DNA of 63,599 nt, filler included, from Lenisia limosa (taxonomy: Eukaryota; Protista; Breviatea): the NCBI GenBank assembly GCA_001655205.1. It is 10 parts of 10 records of this genome, joined end to end, with 100 filler letters (N's around TTAATTAATTAA, not from the genome) between each part and the next. Parts side by side here need not be neighbours in the genome. Positions count along the whole stretch, not along the records: positions 1 to 25,376 come from LPNZ01008017.1; 9 more parts are not named here. The stretch is one strand, 5' to 3'. The notes under the pieces were generated by a model. The model saw only the letters and a list, made by a program, of their open reading frames with translations. It was not told the DNA's origin and did not search any database. Every line of letters starts with the position of its first letter. The first letter of the stretch is position 1. Position numbers and translations under genes: made by a program. This document shows positions 10,780 through 24,100 of this stretch, piece after piece.

Positions 10780-13549
10780 CATGAAAATATTTACTGCAGA
10801 TGGTGGTAGGAATGGGTGTGGCTGTCTATGTTACAAAAACCAATATCTGTGAACGGATTCGGACGAATATTAATTTTGACCCCATTTATATCTTTCTATC
10901 ACATTAATGTCGTAGTAATTGATAAATCCGAAGAACCCGCACAAGGTTTTGATGAAAAGCATGTGAGGGGGTTGGAAAGTAAACATCAAGAAAGTGACTC
11001 TAAGTGAAGAGAAAGTCAGCTAATGTAGTAGAATTGAAAAGAGAGTAGGAATTGTAATGTGGTTTTTAATGTTTTTGTGAGTTGTTTTTATTGTTTAGGA
11101 TTGGGTGAAGCAGTTCTGGACCGTTGCTCAGAAAATCAAAGCGGACAGGAGCATTGCCGAAGAGGTTAACTCTTTTGCTTTTTTTATTCTTGAATTATGT
11201 TCTTACAAACCCATTCTTACATGATCTAATGCTCCGAACTTGGCTGATTATTTAGGCGCGATGTGCTCTCGTAGAAGCTGGGATACAGCCCACAATGTGG
11301 CGACTCGTTGTTGCTGTGGCAGATGAAATGGGCATCACTGTAAGCGTGCCAATGTAAGAATGAATAACGTGTTGTAGCTACCAGAAAGCAACAGGTTGTA
11401 TTCAGATTATTCAAAGAACCCCTCTGTCTATAAGTGCTATGTCAAGAACGTCGACAATGATCGGTTAAGAAGGGCTACGGAGGCGTACATTTATAAGTTC
11501 GCCTGGATCTCAATTTTAATGCTATTTATTTACCTCTTGATATTGCCAATGCTTTCCTCATATTTTTCAAAAATCACAAGCCAGGGTATTGAATGGAACG
11601 TTGAGTCCTTATTTTGCTGAGTTAAAAGGAGAGGTTTGTAGGGCCATGCTAAATTTAGAGATGTAACATTTTAACTGATCAATCGTAATGGTGTAGTGTT
11701 TTAATGAAGATAACGAATTGGTTGGACTGATATTAGAAAATGCCGGGAGTGAGTTGGATTCAACAGCCAAGGGCAGGCACGCGTGAGGGGTGTTCTCAGT
11801 GTAACTATATCCTTTTATAAAGTAACATCTTGACTGCTCAAGCAAATTCACATCCATGCCTATTATGGTTGTGGAGTCAATCAAAGGTCTCTGGAAAGCT
11901 GTTTCCCAGTAAGTTTTCCTAGGGTATGGTCAACAAAGCTAACCTGCCACACCCAGGATTCACGAATGTGGAATTGCTCATCTCGATATAAAACAAAAAA
12001 ACCTTCTCATTAACCCAATTGGCCAAGTTAGGGTTGGTGAACGTGCCTCTTCATCGCTTCTGTAGTTGATTGACTTCACTCATTCCTATGTCGTAGCGAA
12101 TCGACCGCGAGCTAAATATTTAAATTATCTTGAGGAAATGGTAGGATTCAATGGGCAAACTGATTAGGATTTTGTACAGTTATTTATGTAGTCCTGCTAT
12201 TGAGCCACTTATAATCTGTTCTCTTTTGAGGACGTTATCAATATTTACGATAATATCTCTAAAGCCTTTGATGTCTTCAATTCCAACTATCTGGTACCTC
12301 CTGAATCTGTGGTATAAGACGGATTTAGGAGGGCCTACCTGGGTGATCATGAAGGGGCTATTGTCCTTATTCATGAATCTAATCATTGTAGGTATGCTGG
12401 GGAGGCACGCAGNNNNNNNNNNNNNNNNNNNNNNNNNNNNNNNNNNNNNNNNNNNNNNNNNNNNNNNNNNNNNNNNNNNNNNNNNNNNNNNNNNCATGAT
12501 CTGAGTACAAGAATCACACTTTTTTTTATGGGGCCATGAGGTCAGGTCAAACTTTTATTATTATATAATCTGGTGGATCACCCCAAAGAGGGAAGTTTTT
12601 ATTTTGTGTAGTTTGGTGAGGATCATCCCACCGAGGGGAATTTTAAGGTAAGCTTGAGGGCACCTTTCTTTTTTAAGTATATCATTTTTGAACCCCAACA
12701 ATACAGGCGACATCAGGTAACAAAGTGGCATACCACAGGGTGCACGGATCCCGGGAGACAATGTAAGGAAGGGACTGTTTTCTAGTCAATTTGTATGGTT
12801 TCTTGATCACGTTAAGATACCTCTATGGTATAAATAAATATACGTCCAATCACACTGTCTCTGAACAGCATTTCTCACACCCAGGGCCCCCGAGATCCAG
12901 CAGGCCAATATCGATGTATCCATCGATCCCAAAGCGGTTGATGTCTATGCTGCTGGAATAGTCACTTTTCAGGTAAGTCATAGCTATTGACGGCTTTGGC
13001 CAGATATAACCTTGTTTTATTTATCATCTTTATATATCATATATTAACGATGTTAGCCTGGTTACTGTTGGAGTCATCTGATTTCTTTTTCATCTCATTC
13101 AGTTGTTAACCGCCAACCAAGGAACGCCAATCACAGCCCGTGGGAAAACAATGTGGGTTACCCCTGTGATGGATGATGAAAGTATTCTACTTTTTGTATT
13201 CTTACCATGTTAGTATCTCGCACTCGTTGCATTTCCCCCCAGAGGCACGTAAACTAGAGGACATCATATCTCACTGCTTTTTGGAGCATGATGAGCGACC
13301 AGATGCCTCAACTGTTGGCACTTGTACCTTTTAACGTACTATATTGTTGTAATTCAACGACCAAGACCTGGTATCTTTTCAGTGGAAACTGAGATCTCCT
13401 TTTTTGTAATAACATTGCAGGTCAGCGCTCAGATAGATGAGCTTGGTGATGAGCTGATACAGATTGTCCTTGCTACCCAGGAACTAAGAGCTTCTGGAAG
13501 AATAAAATACCAAGGTGAGGATGTGATGACCTTTGATGCACAAACCTGA
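10780..13549 (+). CDS. Divergent Ser/Thr-type protein kinase, multi-exon (both ends approximate)
   Basis: Subdomains seen across exons: IHECGIAHLDIKQKNLLI (VIb), LIDFT (VII), VHGSRETMAPE (VIII), DPKAVDVYAAGIVTFQ (IX) and IISHCF...ERPDAS (XI). Confidence 0.8.
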
Positions 13550-14510
13550 TTGTCAGCGTTTTCATTCATTTGCTTCAGGAAAAACCAATTCAGAACCCAA
13601 AAGGGCTCGGGTCTCTAACTGATCTCCACACCAAGGAAATCACTAAAAACCACTCACTTTCAATGCCCAAGGCATCACATAGTCTCCTTTAACCAAGTGT
13701 ATTAAGAACCTGTCTTGTTTTTCAATTGTCGTTCATTCATAATGGATAGGTTTTCAGTATAACAGTTTTTTGACACTTTGGCCCCTTAACTTTGGCATTG
13801 ATCTGGCATTGACTGCAAACTAAGGGGTTGACAAGAATGGGACAATTGGGAAAGGTGGGAAATTGGATATGATTACCCAAATCACAACCAAATCGCCAAA
13901 TTTGAAATTGAACTGAACTGTGATGCTCTCCCATTTCGCAAATAATTCTGGCCAATCTTTTTTTGAGAACAAATCAACGTTAATTGACCTAAAGAAGCCT
14001 AAGGAGGAATATACACATAGACACTTCTGTTGAGCATAGAAGGGAAGAAGGTGGTAAGTGTTAAGTACAATAGTTTTTACTGGATATTGAACTGCTTTCT
14101 CAGCCCTCTACTTCTTCTTGGTGTCAAAGAGAAGTATTAAAAAAATTATTAGGTAGTGCAGGGTTAGAAAGAACTTATCAGTGTGTTCCTACGCAACATG
14201 ATCACGCACATTGTTCTCATTCACTCACGGTTCTTTTACATCTCTAAATCGCTTATAGATAATATTTTAACAAAGCTGATCTGAAGTTGATACTTCCACA
14301 CTACTTCCACAATAACACGTTTGAATTCGTAAAACTGTTCTCATACATTGGCGGTTCTCTCGAAACCGTTATTGCCGTCATGCCTTTTGGGTCGTTTTCA
14401 CTTGTGTAAACGGTCTATTTCTCATTTCCATATATCTTCCACATGAACAAATAATTACAGAAGTACATGTATCACAAGATACCCCCCCCCCATCCCCTTA
14501 GACAGTGTAG

Positions 14511-17500
14511 ATGTCTCTTTCCAAGGAGCAGGTTCTGAGAAGAGCCATTTCCACAGGCATCAGTTGCGGGTGGTGGAAAAATGAGGAGGTGGGTAGTTGT
14601 ATATCCCCAATGGCTTTATTTTCTTGAAGTAAAAAATTATCATTTTTTTATTTCCTGATCAATTTATTTGCCCTATCATAATAATATGGAATTGCAGAGT
14701 TTCACACTTTAGGACATCCCTCCCAATCTTCGTTTCTACATGGAGAGCTACTTGGTGGGGTACTTGAAACTGTTTAAGACTAAGTCACATTTTTGGACTC
14801 TCTTACAGAACAGGGAGAAAAAAACACGGAGGATGTCGAACAATTTGACGGTGTCTGCCAGCCTGACAATACCAGTGAGGTCCTATAGCCACCTTTTGAT
14901 TTTTACAACAACGACGTGCTGTTTACATTTAAGGACATGGGCACACCCGTAACACAAGTGCTGTCTCTGATGTCTCCAATTCCAATAAATATGTATGTGT
15001 ATTGGCTTTTTCTCATGGCGTTTTCTTTGAATTATTTTCTGATGCATGGTACCGCAATGAGCCTTCCAAATGTATGAATATATCCATAGAGAGCAACATC
15101 ATGAGAATTCACATATTCAGGATGCACCACCATTCTTTGCCCCCAAACAGAAGCTCCCTTGTACTCCCAATTTATCAAGTCCATCAGTTCAGCCTGGTTT
15201 GTTGGTAATTACTCCCGTGTAACCGTCACTAAGTTTCTTCAATCTTACTGAAGCAGCCCAAGTATTCTCGACATCCGTGGCTCCTCCGACCCCACCGCAA
15301 GGTAGATTTGCCCATCCCGTGTCCCAACAGAGATCGCCAGGCTACCCGACACCTCAATCCCTGGCATTCGTCAGCGATCCAGATGAACCACAATCCCCTC
15401 AATCCGACCGGTCAGATCAGTTCTACGAGTGTGATGCTTCAGACAAAGAGGTCTTAGGCTTAGTTTCGGACAATACTGATGATCCCGAAAGTTCGCAAGT
15501 GGCAGCGGGAAATAACCGAGTTGTCCTTTCCGATGAAGCGGATTCCTTTCAAAGTGACGCCGAGCAGGTCGAAGGAAATGAACTTGAAGGGCTTGATGAT
15601 GAAGATGAGACTGAGGAACATGTAGTATCAGAAGCTGAAGAAACTCTCAGTGATCAACAGGAGGAAGAAGAGGTGAATGGAATGGAAGAGAGTGAGGGAG
15701 AGAGAAGAGAAGAAGAGGATCTCCAGGGTGAGTTTGCTGAAGAGAATGAGGAAGACTATGATGGCTATGGACAGTCTGAAGAGGAAGAGGTGCATGGCAA
15801 TGATGACATTCTTGAAGTGGGTGATAGGGAAGAAAGAAATATTGATGTGGAATCTGAAGATGAAAATGAAGGTGAAGAAGCTGAAAGCCGAAGCAATAGT
15901 GATGTTGAGGAACATGAAGAAGAACATGAAACGTTTGTTGAAGTTGACGAGTCATTTCAAACTGAAAGCGAAAATGAATTCGTTTCCGCTGGTGAACAAA
16001 GCAGTGAGGGACAACAGAAGAGCAATGAAGATGATGCTGTTGAAGACAGTTTCGTTTCCTTCAGCCAAGATCATATGGATGATTCTCACCAGAGAGACGG
16101 TGGAGAAGAAGAGAGAGAATATAAAGATGAAGATGATGAAGAAGAAGAAGAAGTGATAAAAGATGATTACAAAGAAGAGAGGCAAGACGAGAGGCAAGAA
16201 GAAGAGGAAGAAGACAGTGAAGATGATGATGAAGAGAAAAACAGTGCTCACCCAGCTGAATTAGGTGACATCTTATCTGATGACTTTGAGAACCCTACTC
16301 CTCAGGAAACTACTCCCTCTCCAGGTATCGTGAGTTTTTTTTCACTTACTGCCATAATTTTATTATTGTTTACCATTGATTATCAGCAGATCTCTCCAAA
16401 GCCATACCCCTTTCAAGAAGGGGACTCGACATTTACAGCGACGACGATTCTCCTTTGGGTTTGTTGGGAAGTGCATACTCAGATTATTTTGATGGACCGA
16501 AATCTGTCAAAACTCATTTCAATAGGTTCACTTTCAGATACATGCTTAGCTCCAGCTACACATAAGGGTGCCACTATTAATGATCTTATGGCAGATATTC
16601 AAGAAGTCAATGGAAGTTATTGTGACATAGTTCATAAGAAGGAAGTGTTGAGTGATGAGAGAAGAGAAGAAACTGAAGAGGTGAATGAAGAAGAAAGAGA
16701 AGATGTGCCTGAAGTAAGACATGAGGAAAGCAATGATGATTACAAAGAAGACAAAGAAGATGAAGTCGAAAGAACAAAGGAAGATGATTCAGATGACGAC
16801 ATCGTGAGACGATCGAAAATTGCTGTGATTGCCTTATCTGATGATGGCAGTATCAAAGACAGTGAAAGTGATGGAGTAAGCAGTGATGAAGAAAATGTGG
16901 TTCGAGTGAGAAGAGTTGTCCATCTTTCCTCAGATGATGATGGTGGGAGGGAGGCGCGAACAATATTACCTCATTATAGTATCTCGTATCATATGCTTAT
17001 TATTACCTCTTCCTGTCGTAACCATTGAATGAATAATAGCTGACAATGTGTTGAGTTTTTGAAGCCATTTCGAATGTAGTGATTATATCAAAATCTTACC
17101 ATTAGATTTTGATAATGAAGATGTGGAGGTGGAGGAAGAAAATGAAGATGTGGAGGTGGAGGAAGAAAATGAAGAGATGGAAGAAGATATTGAGGAAGAG
17201 TTGGAAGGAGAGGAAGAGGATGATGAGTTTGATTTCGAAGACGACCACGATGGCACTGGAAGAAAAAAGCATGAGAGGCGAGACGAGTCTCTTGAATCTA
17301 ATTCTGATGAAGATTTTGAAGATGATGATTGCATCATTATTCCCAAGAGAACTGGTGAAGGGTTCGGCTTTTACCAGTCTTACCTCCATTTGACATGTTA
17401 TTTTCCTTACTTTATGTAGAAAGCACCGAGGTTGAAGAAGGAGAAAACGACGATAACCAGTATGAGGAAATGACACTTTCTCAAAAATATTCTGCCTTGG

Positions 17501-19103
17501 ATTGACACCAAATGACACGTTACATTGAGATGTGATGGAGTTGAGTGGTAGCATTAACAAACAAGGCTTATGGATGCATTTGAATCAGACTCGTCTTATG
17601 AATCCGTTGCAAAGAATATAAAAGGTGGGGAGGAGGGTCTTTTGAGTTCTTTTTACCATTCACTATTGCCATATTGCCGTGTTACCGCATACTCATTCCC
17701 TCAGCATTATCTCCAATCAAAGCCGTGCGATCTTCTATTCAGTGTTCCTCGGAGATAAAGGATAAAGTTAAGGGGCGCTTCGCAACACAAAAAGAAGATA
17801 TATCACGACAGTTACTTGAAGACTACAAGAAGAACATATTCGACGGGTTTGCTAAAGGGTTCAGATCATGATACCATTGGAGAGTATTTATCTCATATTA
17901 TTCCATCATGTCCTTTTGAGTGTTCCTTTCCATTTCATTATTCCCAACCAGTCTCCTACCTGAATCGCTTCAATTGGAATGGTCCCGAACGTTAAACACC
18001 ACTGCTGGAAAAGCCAAGTATTCTTCGAAATCTGTTGGGATGGATAATTATAATCCTTTTTTTCTTGGTTTTACTTCTTTTTTGACTATGTAGGGGTGTA
18101 GCGTGACTCTTTCCGACAAAGTGCTTGATTCTTTTGGTTGGTTCTTACGTTAACGAATTTGTTGGTTTTAGTATGTCAATATCCAAGGTCATACGGTAAT
18201 TTTACAGATCGGCTGTGCAATACTCTATGCCACGAAATGTGTCATATTGCGACCTATGTGGTTGACAAGCAATTTGACAATCCCCATGGGAAAGCTTTTA
18301 AAAAATGGTTCGTTTCACTCAGATCATTAATTTATTGACATTTCAGGGCCATAAAATCTGAGCAGACTTACCCTGGACTAAGTATTACCACGACCCACAG
18401 TTATGAAATTAACTTCAAATACAACTACGTTTGCAGTAGCTGCGCCACTTGGTAGGTTTAGGATAATAAAAAGGAAGTATCTGGCGTATCGCACTCTGCA
18501 AATATTTTGATTGTATACGGTATCACTCAATAACACCCGATTTGGCTATTGAGCCTTTTTAGTTATTTGACAATTACTTAGTGTCTTTAAATTCTAAACC
18601 CTTTTCTCATAATGGCTTAGCTATGGTCGACATTCGAAGTCGATAAACACCCAAAGACAAAGATGTGGAAGGTGAGAGAAAGATCTTTCATAGGTCAATA
18701 TGGAGATGGTTTCAAAATGATTAACATTTCATGTCTCTTGACCCAGTTCTTTCTATGATGATTGATGACACTACCTCTTTTTATTTCTCATCTAAACAAT
18801 TTCCTTTTATTCAACCAACTGTTTAGATGTAAGGGTATCTTGGAACATTTTGGCCGAAAGCTCAAAGATGGAACTTATGCAAGGTGAGGGGGTGACGGTT
18901 GTTCTACCTTTCCAGTACCTGTGACGCTTTAGCCTGCGTAAAGCACCAAAATCCGAGTTCTTTGAGTTTGCCAAAGTACAGCGGCCGCTTATTAAGGTAT
19001 GGTATAACTGGGTCCATTTTTGAACGTTTAGGCTAAAAACCCCACCATGAGCATGGTAGAGGTGACAAAGAGGATTGCTGAACTGTGGAAAAAAAGAGAC
19101 TAA
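14511..19103 (+). CDS. GCNA: GCNA/ACRC-like protein: long acidic disordered region + SprT metalloprotease + Zn ribbon + HMG box (start uncertain)
   Basis: E/D-rich exons at 15.3-17.4 kb, then LEWSRTLNTTAG, RLCNTLCHEMCH (HExxH), HGKAFKKW, CSSC...CGRC and a C-terminal HMG box SEFFEFAKVQRPLIKAKNPTMSMVEVTKRIAELWKK*. Stop is TAA 19101-19103. Confidence 0.85.
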
Positions 19104-19337
19104 AGTTTTGTGAATTGTATTGTTTAAAAGTGTTTCTTGTTTCTCTTTAAGTTTCTAGATTGTTTCATGTTGAAAGTACACCTACTCTGATATTTTACAT
19201 TTCTTTTTATCAAAAAAAATAGAACGAAAAAACAACGGAAGGCTTCTCTAAGCAGTTATACCACCTAGTATGGTAATCAGTCCATACGTTACCTTTGTAC
19301 AAAGCCATGAATCTATTGTCACACCAGGAATGAACAA

Positions 19338-21069
19338 TTACTGAATAAAAGGGATGTAGGTTGGAGTGACTGCTCGGTACTTGACATATTCGAAACCGAA
19401 AAACTCAATCAAATGTTCCTCTTCATAACTGAATGGTCACGCTTGCACATTTAAACACAAGAACAAGTCTTGCATTGGCATAGCGCTCTTATTATGTCTC
19501 ATTTATAAACTTGCTGCATTGGCTTTTATTAATCCATCCATGGGACCCCCCCCCCCCAAATCCTAGATTTTAAAAAAANNNNNNNNNNNNNNNNNNNNNN
19601 NNNNNNNNNNNNNNNNNNNNNNNNNNNNNNNNNNNNNNNNNNNNNNNNTCACTCCAAGAGGGTTAGCCATCATTATCTACAGTAATGAGACTCAGGTGGT
19701 CCAATAATCTACACATGAACTACTATTACTGTTAAGTTACGCAACACCCAGTCAGCCACTCACCTGTGTGCCAACAACCCACCAAAACCACCCGCAGTAG
19801 CCCGGGTGCCTGATGTACCTGGGTTGCTGGTAAAGACTGAGGAGGAGGGGGAGGGTGGTTTCAGAGTTAAGGAATAATACAACAGATGATGGAAGCCATG
19901 TTGTAAAATGATAAATGAAGTAGAGGCCAAATAAATTTGAATCAAGGTCTGGGTTGTGGACAAAACAACAATTGTCATGACCCCGGAATTCAAGGGTGCA
20001 GTCTGATCAATTTCTGGACTGAGACCCCAATTTACTACAAACAAATTGGAAAATATATACCCATGTTTTCAGGTGGAAAACAGACAAACATGGCCCGAGT
20101 TACTTATATACACCAGTGTTGACAAGCACATGGTTATCACGCTGGGAAGTCTGTACATTGTTAGGAGAAACAGAACTGATCAAGAAGAAAAATATGAAAA
20201 TTTATCCCGCATGAATTTTGAAAATCTATCACCTCCTACCTTGACATCATGTGAGAAGTTGTGCATGGCAAAGAACATAGCTAAATCGATAAACAAGAAG
20301 TCTGTGTGGATTGTGATAGATGCCTTTGGCGAAGCGCTTCACACACCTCCTTTACGAAGGGCCTCGCCAGACAAGCAGATCAGAAGTCCAACCGAGAAGA
20401 TGATCATGCTCTCTGTTCCATGAAAAAAAAGAAGAGTATGCTGGAAAAAAAAAAAAGAGGTAAGCAGATCATGGAGCTCAATTAATACCTCCAAATCACC
20501 TTTCATCGCCGGGAAAAAGAACCGCTCAATGAAATACTCAAGGGTACAGATGGAGAGTGTACTCACGAATGGAATTGAAAGAAGGAAGGCTAAAACAGTT
20601 AGTTTTTGTATCCGTATCCACAAGAGTCAGATTGAATCAAACGTGTCGGGGGAAGGGGGATTATGATACGGTTCATGCAAGTAGCTTGAAAATCCTTACA
20701 ATGAATTCCAAAGGTTTCACGATTGTAGAGGAAGGCGTGCAACGCTTCAGAGACGTGGAATAAGCAAAGAATTGCCATAAAAATGTACAAAGTCACATCA
20801 AGCTGAAAGAAATCTATTAGAAAAGTCAACATGGCTATAGTTCGACAAATAAAATGAAGTCAGACTTTAGTGAATCCTTATTTACAATCTTTTGCTGTTT
20901 CTTTCCCTTTTAAACAACTGTTGTATTGCAGTAAAATAATAATTGTTAACCACCTGTGAAATCCAGTGGATACAGAGCTTTGTCAAAAGGGAAAATCCCG
21001 ACTCCGAGCCGAGGGAATAAGAAAATTCCACATGATCCAGAGCCTGAACCGTTTCAACTCGTTTTGCAT
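19338..21069 (-). CDS. ICMT: Protein-S-isoprenylcysteine O-methyltransferase (ICMT/STE14)
   Basis: Spliced LCLFHVSEAL...SFLL, GEALRKGAMFFAMHNFSHDVK, NHVLVNTGVYKYIRHPGYCGWFWWVVGTQ and YEEEHLIEFFGFEYVKYRAVTPTYIPFIQ*. Confidence 0.92.
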
Positions 21070-21168
21070 TTTATTATTGTCAAGATAAGCGAATAAAATT
21101 AAGCAGAAGAGAGGCATATACACAAATATAGCATCTTTAATTACAATGAATTTGTAGTCAGTTTTACA
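21070..21168. promoter_or_regulatory. 99-bp divergent intergenic region between ICMT and the 2-TM sensor gene (probable bidirectional promoter)
   Basis: Head-to-head predicted ATGs at 21069(-) and 21169(+). Confidence 0.5.
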
Positions 21169-24100
21169 ATGAAATCAGCTGGGAGCCCTCCACTGCATCA
21201 CTTTAATGTGATCAGTGAGATGGAGAATTCGCCAGGTGAAACAACAATTGTTGCAGATCCTTCCACCTCGAGTCTTGGGACTGCTTCGCTAGCAGAGCCC
21301 AACCAGAATGTTAACTTCCTTGGTTGCATTGGAATGGGCATTTTTACCATCTTGTTTATGTGAGTTTTCCCAAAAGTGGCTGTTAAACTCATTTTTCAAG
21401 GGTTGTTACGATGATATTCTACTTGATGATCGTCAATTATGCAGAAGATAACGTTTCGAACATGACTACGCACCTGTTTTCAACTGCTCTAAGTTCTGCA
21501 AAGTGTGCTCGGTGTTCTTGGTGCTATTTTGTCGTTTTACTGATTATTTGGTTCACATGTGCGTGTATGTGAATGGCACATGTCCTCCTGCCATTGACTT
21601 TTTTTCGGTGGATTAATTAGAATAAACAGTGGTGGGATTATGGGTATTTTTGTACTTTTGATTGTCCGTTTGCGATGATTCTGATCATCGTCCTCTTTGA
21701 AATGACCAGGGAATGTTGGGAAGGGTTGATTCTTTGATGTCTGAAAAAGTATCTGTTATTACATTGCATGCAATTTTTGTTTTTTAACAGATTTAACCCC
21801 CTGAAATGAACCCAAATCAACCGTTTAGACTTGCCATTGAAGGACGGCTGGATAACATGGAGGGGCAGCTGGCTTCAGACCTCTCGTTCCTTCAAGCCAC
21901 AAACTCCTCATATTACGACAAGTGAGTGGGATATCTTGGAGAAGTACAAGGGAGCACGCATTACGGTCAGATAGTATCATATCAAATGTGTACATATCTG
22001 GATCGTGACGTCATCGCATGCATGCCTGAAGTTTCGATGTTGTTTTAAAGAGTATGAGGTATTTAATGGACTAGTGAGTCGTGGGAGGACATCAGGAAGT
22101 TCTTCTTCGCGTCTTCGCGCAGCCACAACGCCATGTCCTACAACTACTTCCTCGTTGAAGATAACCGCGCCCTTTTTGTAGCCGTTGGGGGGGGGGGGNN
22201 NNNNNNNNNNNNNNNNNNNNNNNNNNNNNNNNNNNNNNNNNNNNNNNNNNNNNNNNNNNNNNNNNNNNNNNNNNNNNNGTTTGTGTTCAATTTTGTATCA
22301 TCGTGGATAGTAGTGGATGGAGTGATGAAGTGTTATGGGTATCACTCATCATGAAGGATTGCTCTTAAGTACTTTATTATTTTTTCTTGTAGTATTTGTA
22401 GTATTTGTCGCAGATGTATTTTGAGCCTTGAAATTGATGGTTTAAAGGTCTCAAATAATTCCTTCAGAGCAATGGCTATTTCATCCAGGACACCCCCAAC
22501 AGTTTGAACTTTACTGTGTATCTCACAGACGAATACGCTAATGTTATATGTGGGTAACTGGGTTTTCTGTAACCTTCGTCTCATGTTGGTATTGTATTTA
22601 CTTATGTTCCAGCGCAAGTGCTGGTCTATGAGATGAACGCAACACTGAGACCGTATTTCTTTGGAAGCATGGAGGAGACCCCAGATGAAATTCACTACAC
22701 CAGGGTGGGCTTGTTCTTTGTTCTTTGGGACCCTTTTTTATTAATATGTAAACTAACTCCACTTCCCCGTTTCTTTTATTTACCGCACAGGTGTGGGGTA
22801 GCACAAACCCAGTAGAGCTTTATGTAACCGCTAGAATTCCGCGGTCGCGACCCGGTGAGTCTGGTGCCCGGGTCCACACGGGTTCTGAGTGTTTTGTTTT
22901 ATTTTGGGTTTTTGGCAAGGTCTGGAACATATTATTGACAATTCAGGCGAGTCTGAGCCGTCATCCATCCTGGCGGTGGACCTCAACACCCAACAGTTCA
23001 CTAACGAGCTGGTACATGCCAATATTGAAGTGGGGGGGGGGGGGGAANNNNNNNNNNNNNNNNNNNNNNNNNNNNNNNNNNNNNNNNNNNNNNNNNNNNN
23101 NNNNNNNNNNNNNNNNNNNNNNNNNNNNNNNNNNNNNNNNNNNNTAAACTTACTTGTTATGACTTTTTAGGAACTCGAAGGATTAATATTCATCATAGAC
23201 AAGAAGTCTTTGGAGGTTGGTGAATTGAACCTGTTCCTCCCCCTTAGCTGCACTCACACCCCAGGTTGTGAGCATCAGTGACCAGGCAATCAAGTTGTAT
23301 ACCACAGAAGTCAGCCCAATATGGAACCTCCTGGTGGCAGTTAACATTGAGGGGCCTGAACACGAAAATTTGGTGAGTATTGTGTATCATTTGTTTGTAT
23401 GAGAGCTTTTTGTTCTGGTGTTCTATGGTATCAGTTCTAGCTACCCTGGAGTGCGGTGCTGCAGAAGNNNNNNNNNNNNNNNNNNNNNNNNNNNNNNNNN
23501 NNNNNNNNNNNNNNNNNNNNNNNNNNNNNNNNNNNNNNNNNNNNNNNNNNNNNNNNNNNNNNNNNNNNNNNNNNNNNNNNNNNNNNNNNNNNGGATGGGA
23601 CTTGGGACGTGAAATGTGAGTGAGTCTTTTGGCATCATATAGATCATATTGCTATCTATTTTTTTTTACCCCAGAGTCGGTAAATTTGAGAGAGAGGCTA
23701 ACTCAGCAGCGGATCTTCAATCGTTTACATCCGACGGAACTCTCTATCGAATGATGTGCATGGACCTGAAGGAGCGAACTGGTAGGTATTGCTCTTCAAA
23801 ACAAACAAATGCATTGCAACTCACCCTTCAGGATTGAACTGGATGATTGTAACACTTGCCCCAGCAAACCTCATTGCCGCCGATATTATTGAAGGCAAAG
23901 ATAAGGTGCGTAGCAAATCCCGCTTTTTGTGATAAATGCGTTGGACAAACTAACTATTACCTTTTTAACCTCGAATGGAATCTGGTATTGAAGGAAGGGA
24001 TGGTCAAAATGAGGAGTAAAACTGATTGTGTGTGTATTTGTCAAATTCACTTGTTTTAGGTGTTTCAGAGTTAACACCGTTGTCCTTTGTTGTTGATAAT

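Noticed and set aside
15628-17346. Hydrophobic and Ser-rich minus-strand ORFs and Lys/Met-rich alternative-frame ORFs
   Set aside because: These are shadows of the GAA/GAT-rich acidic GCNA exons.
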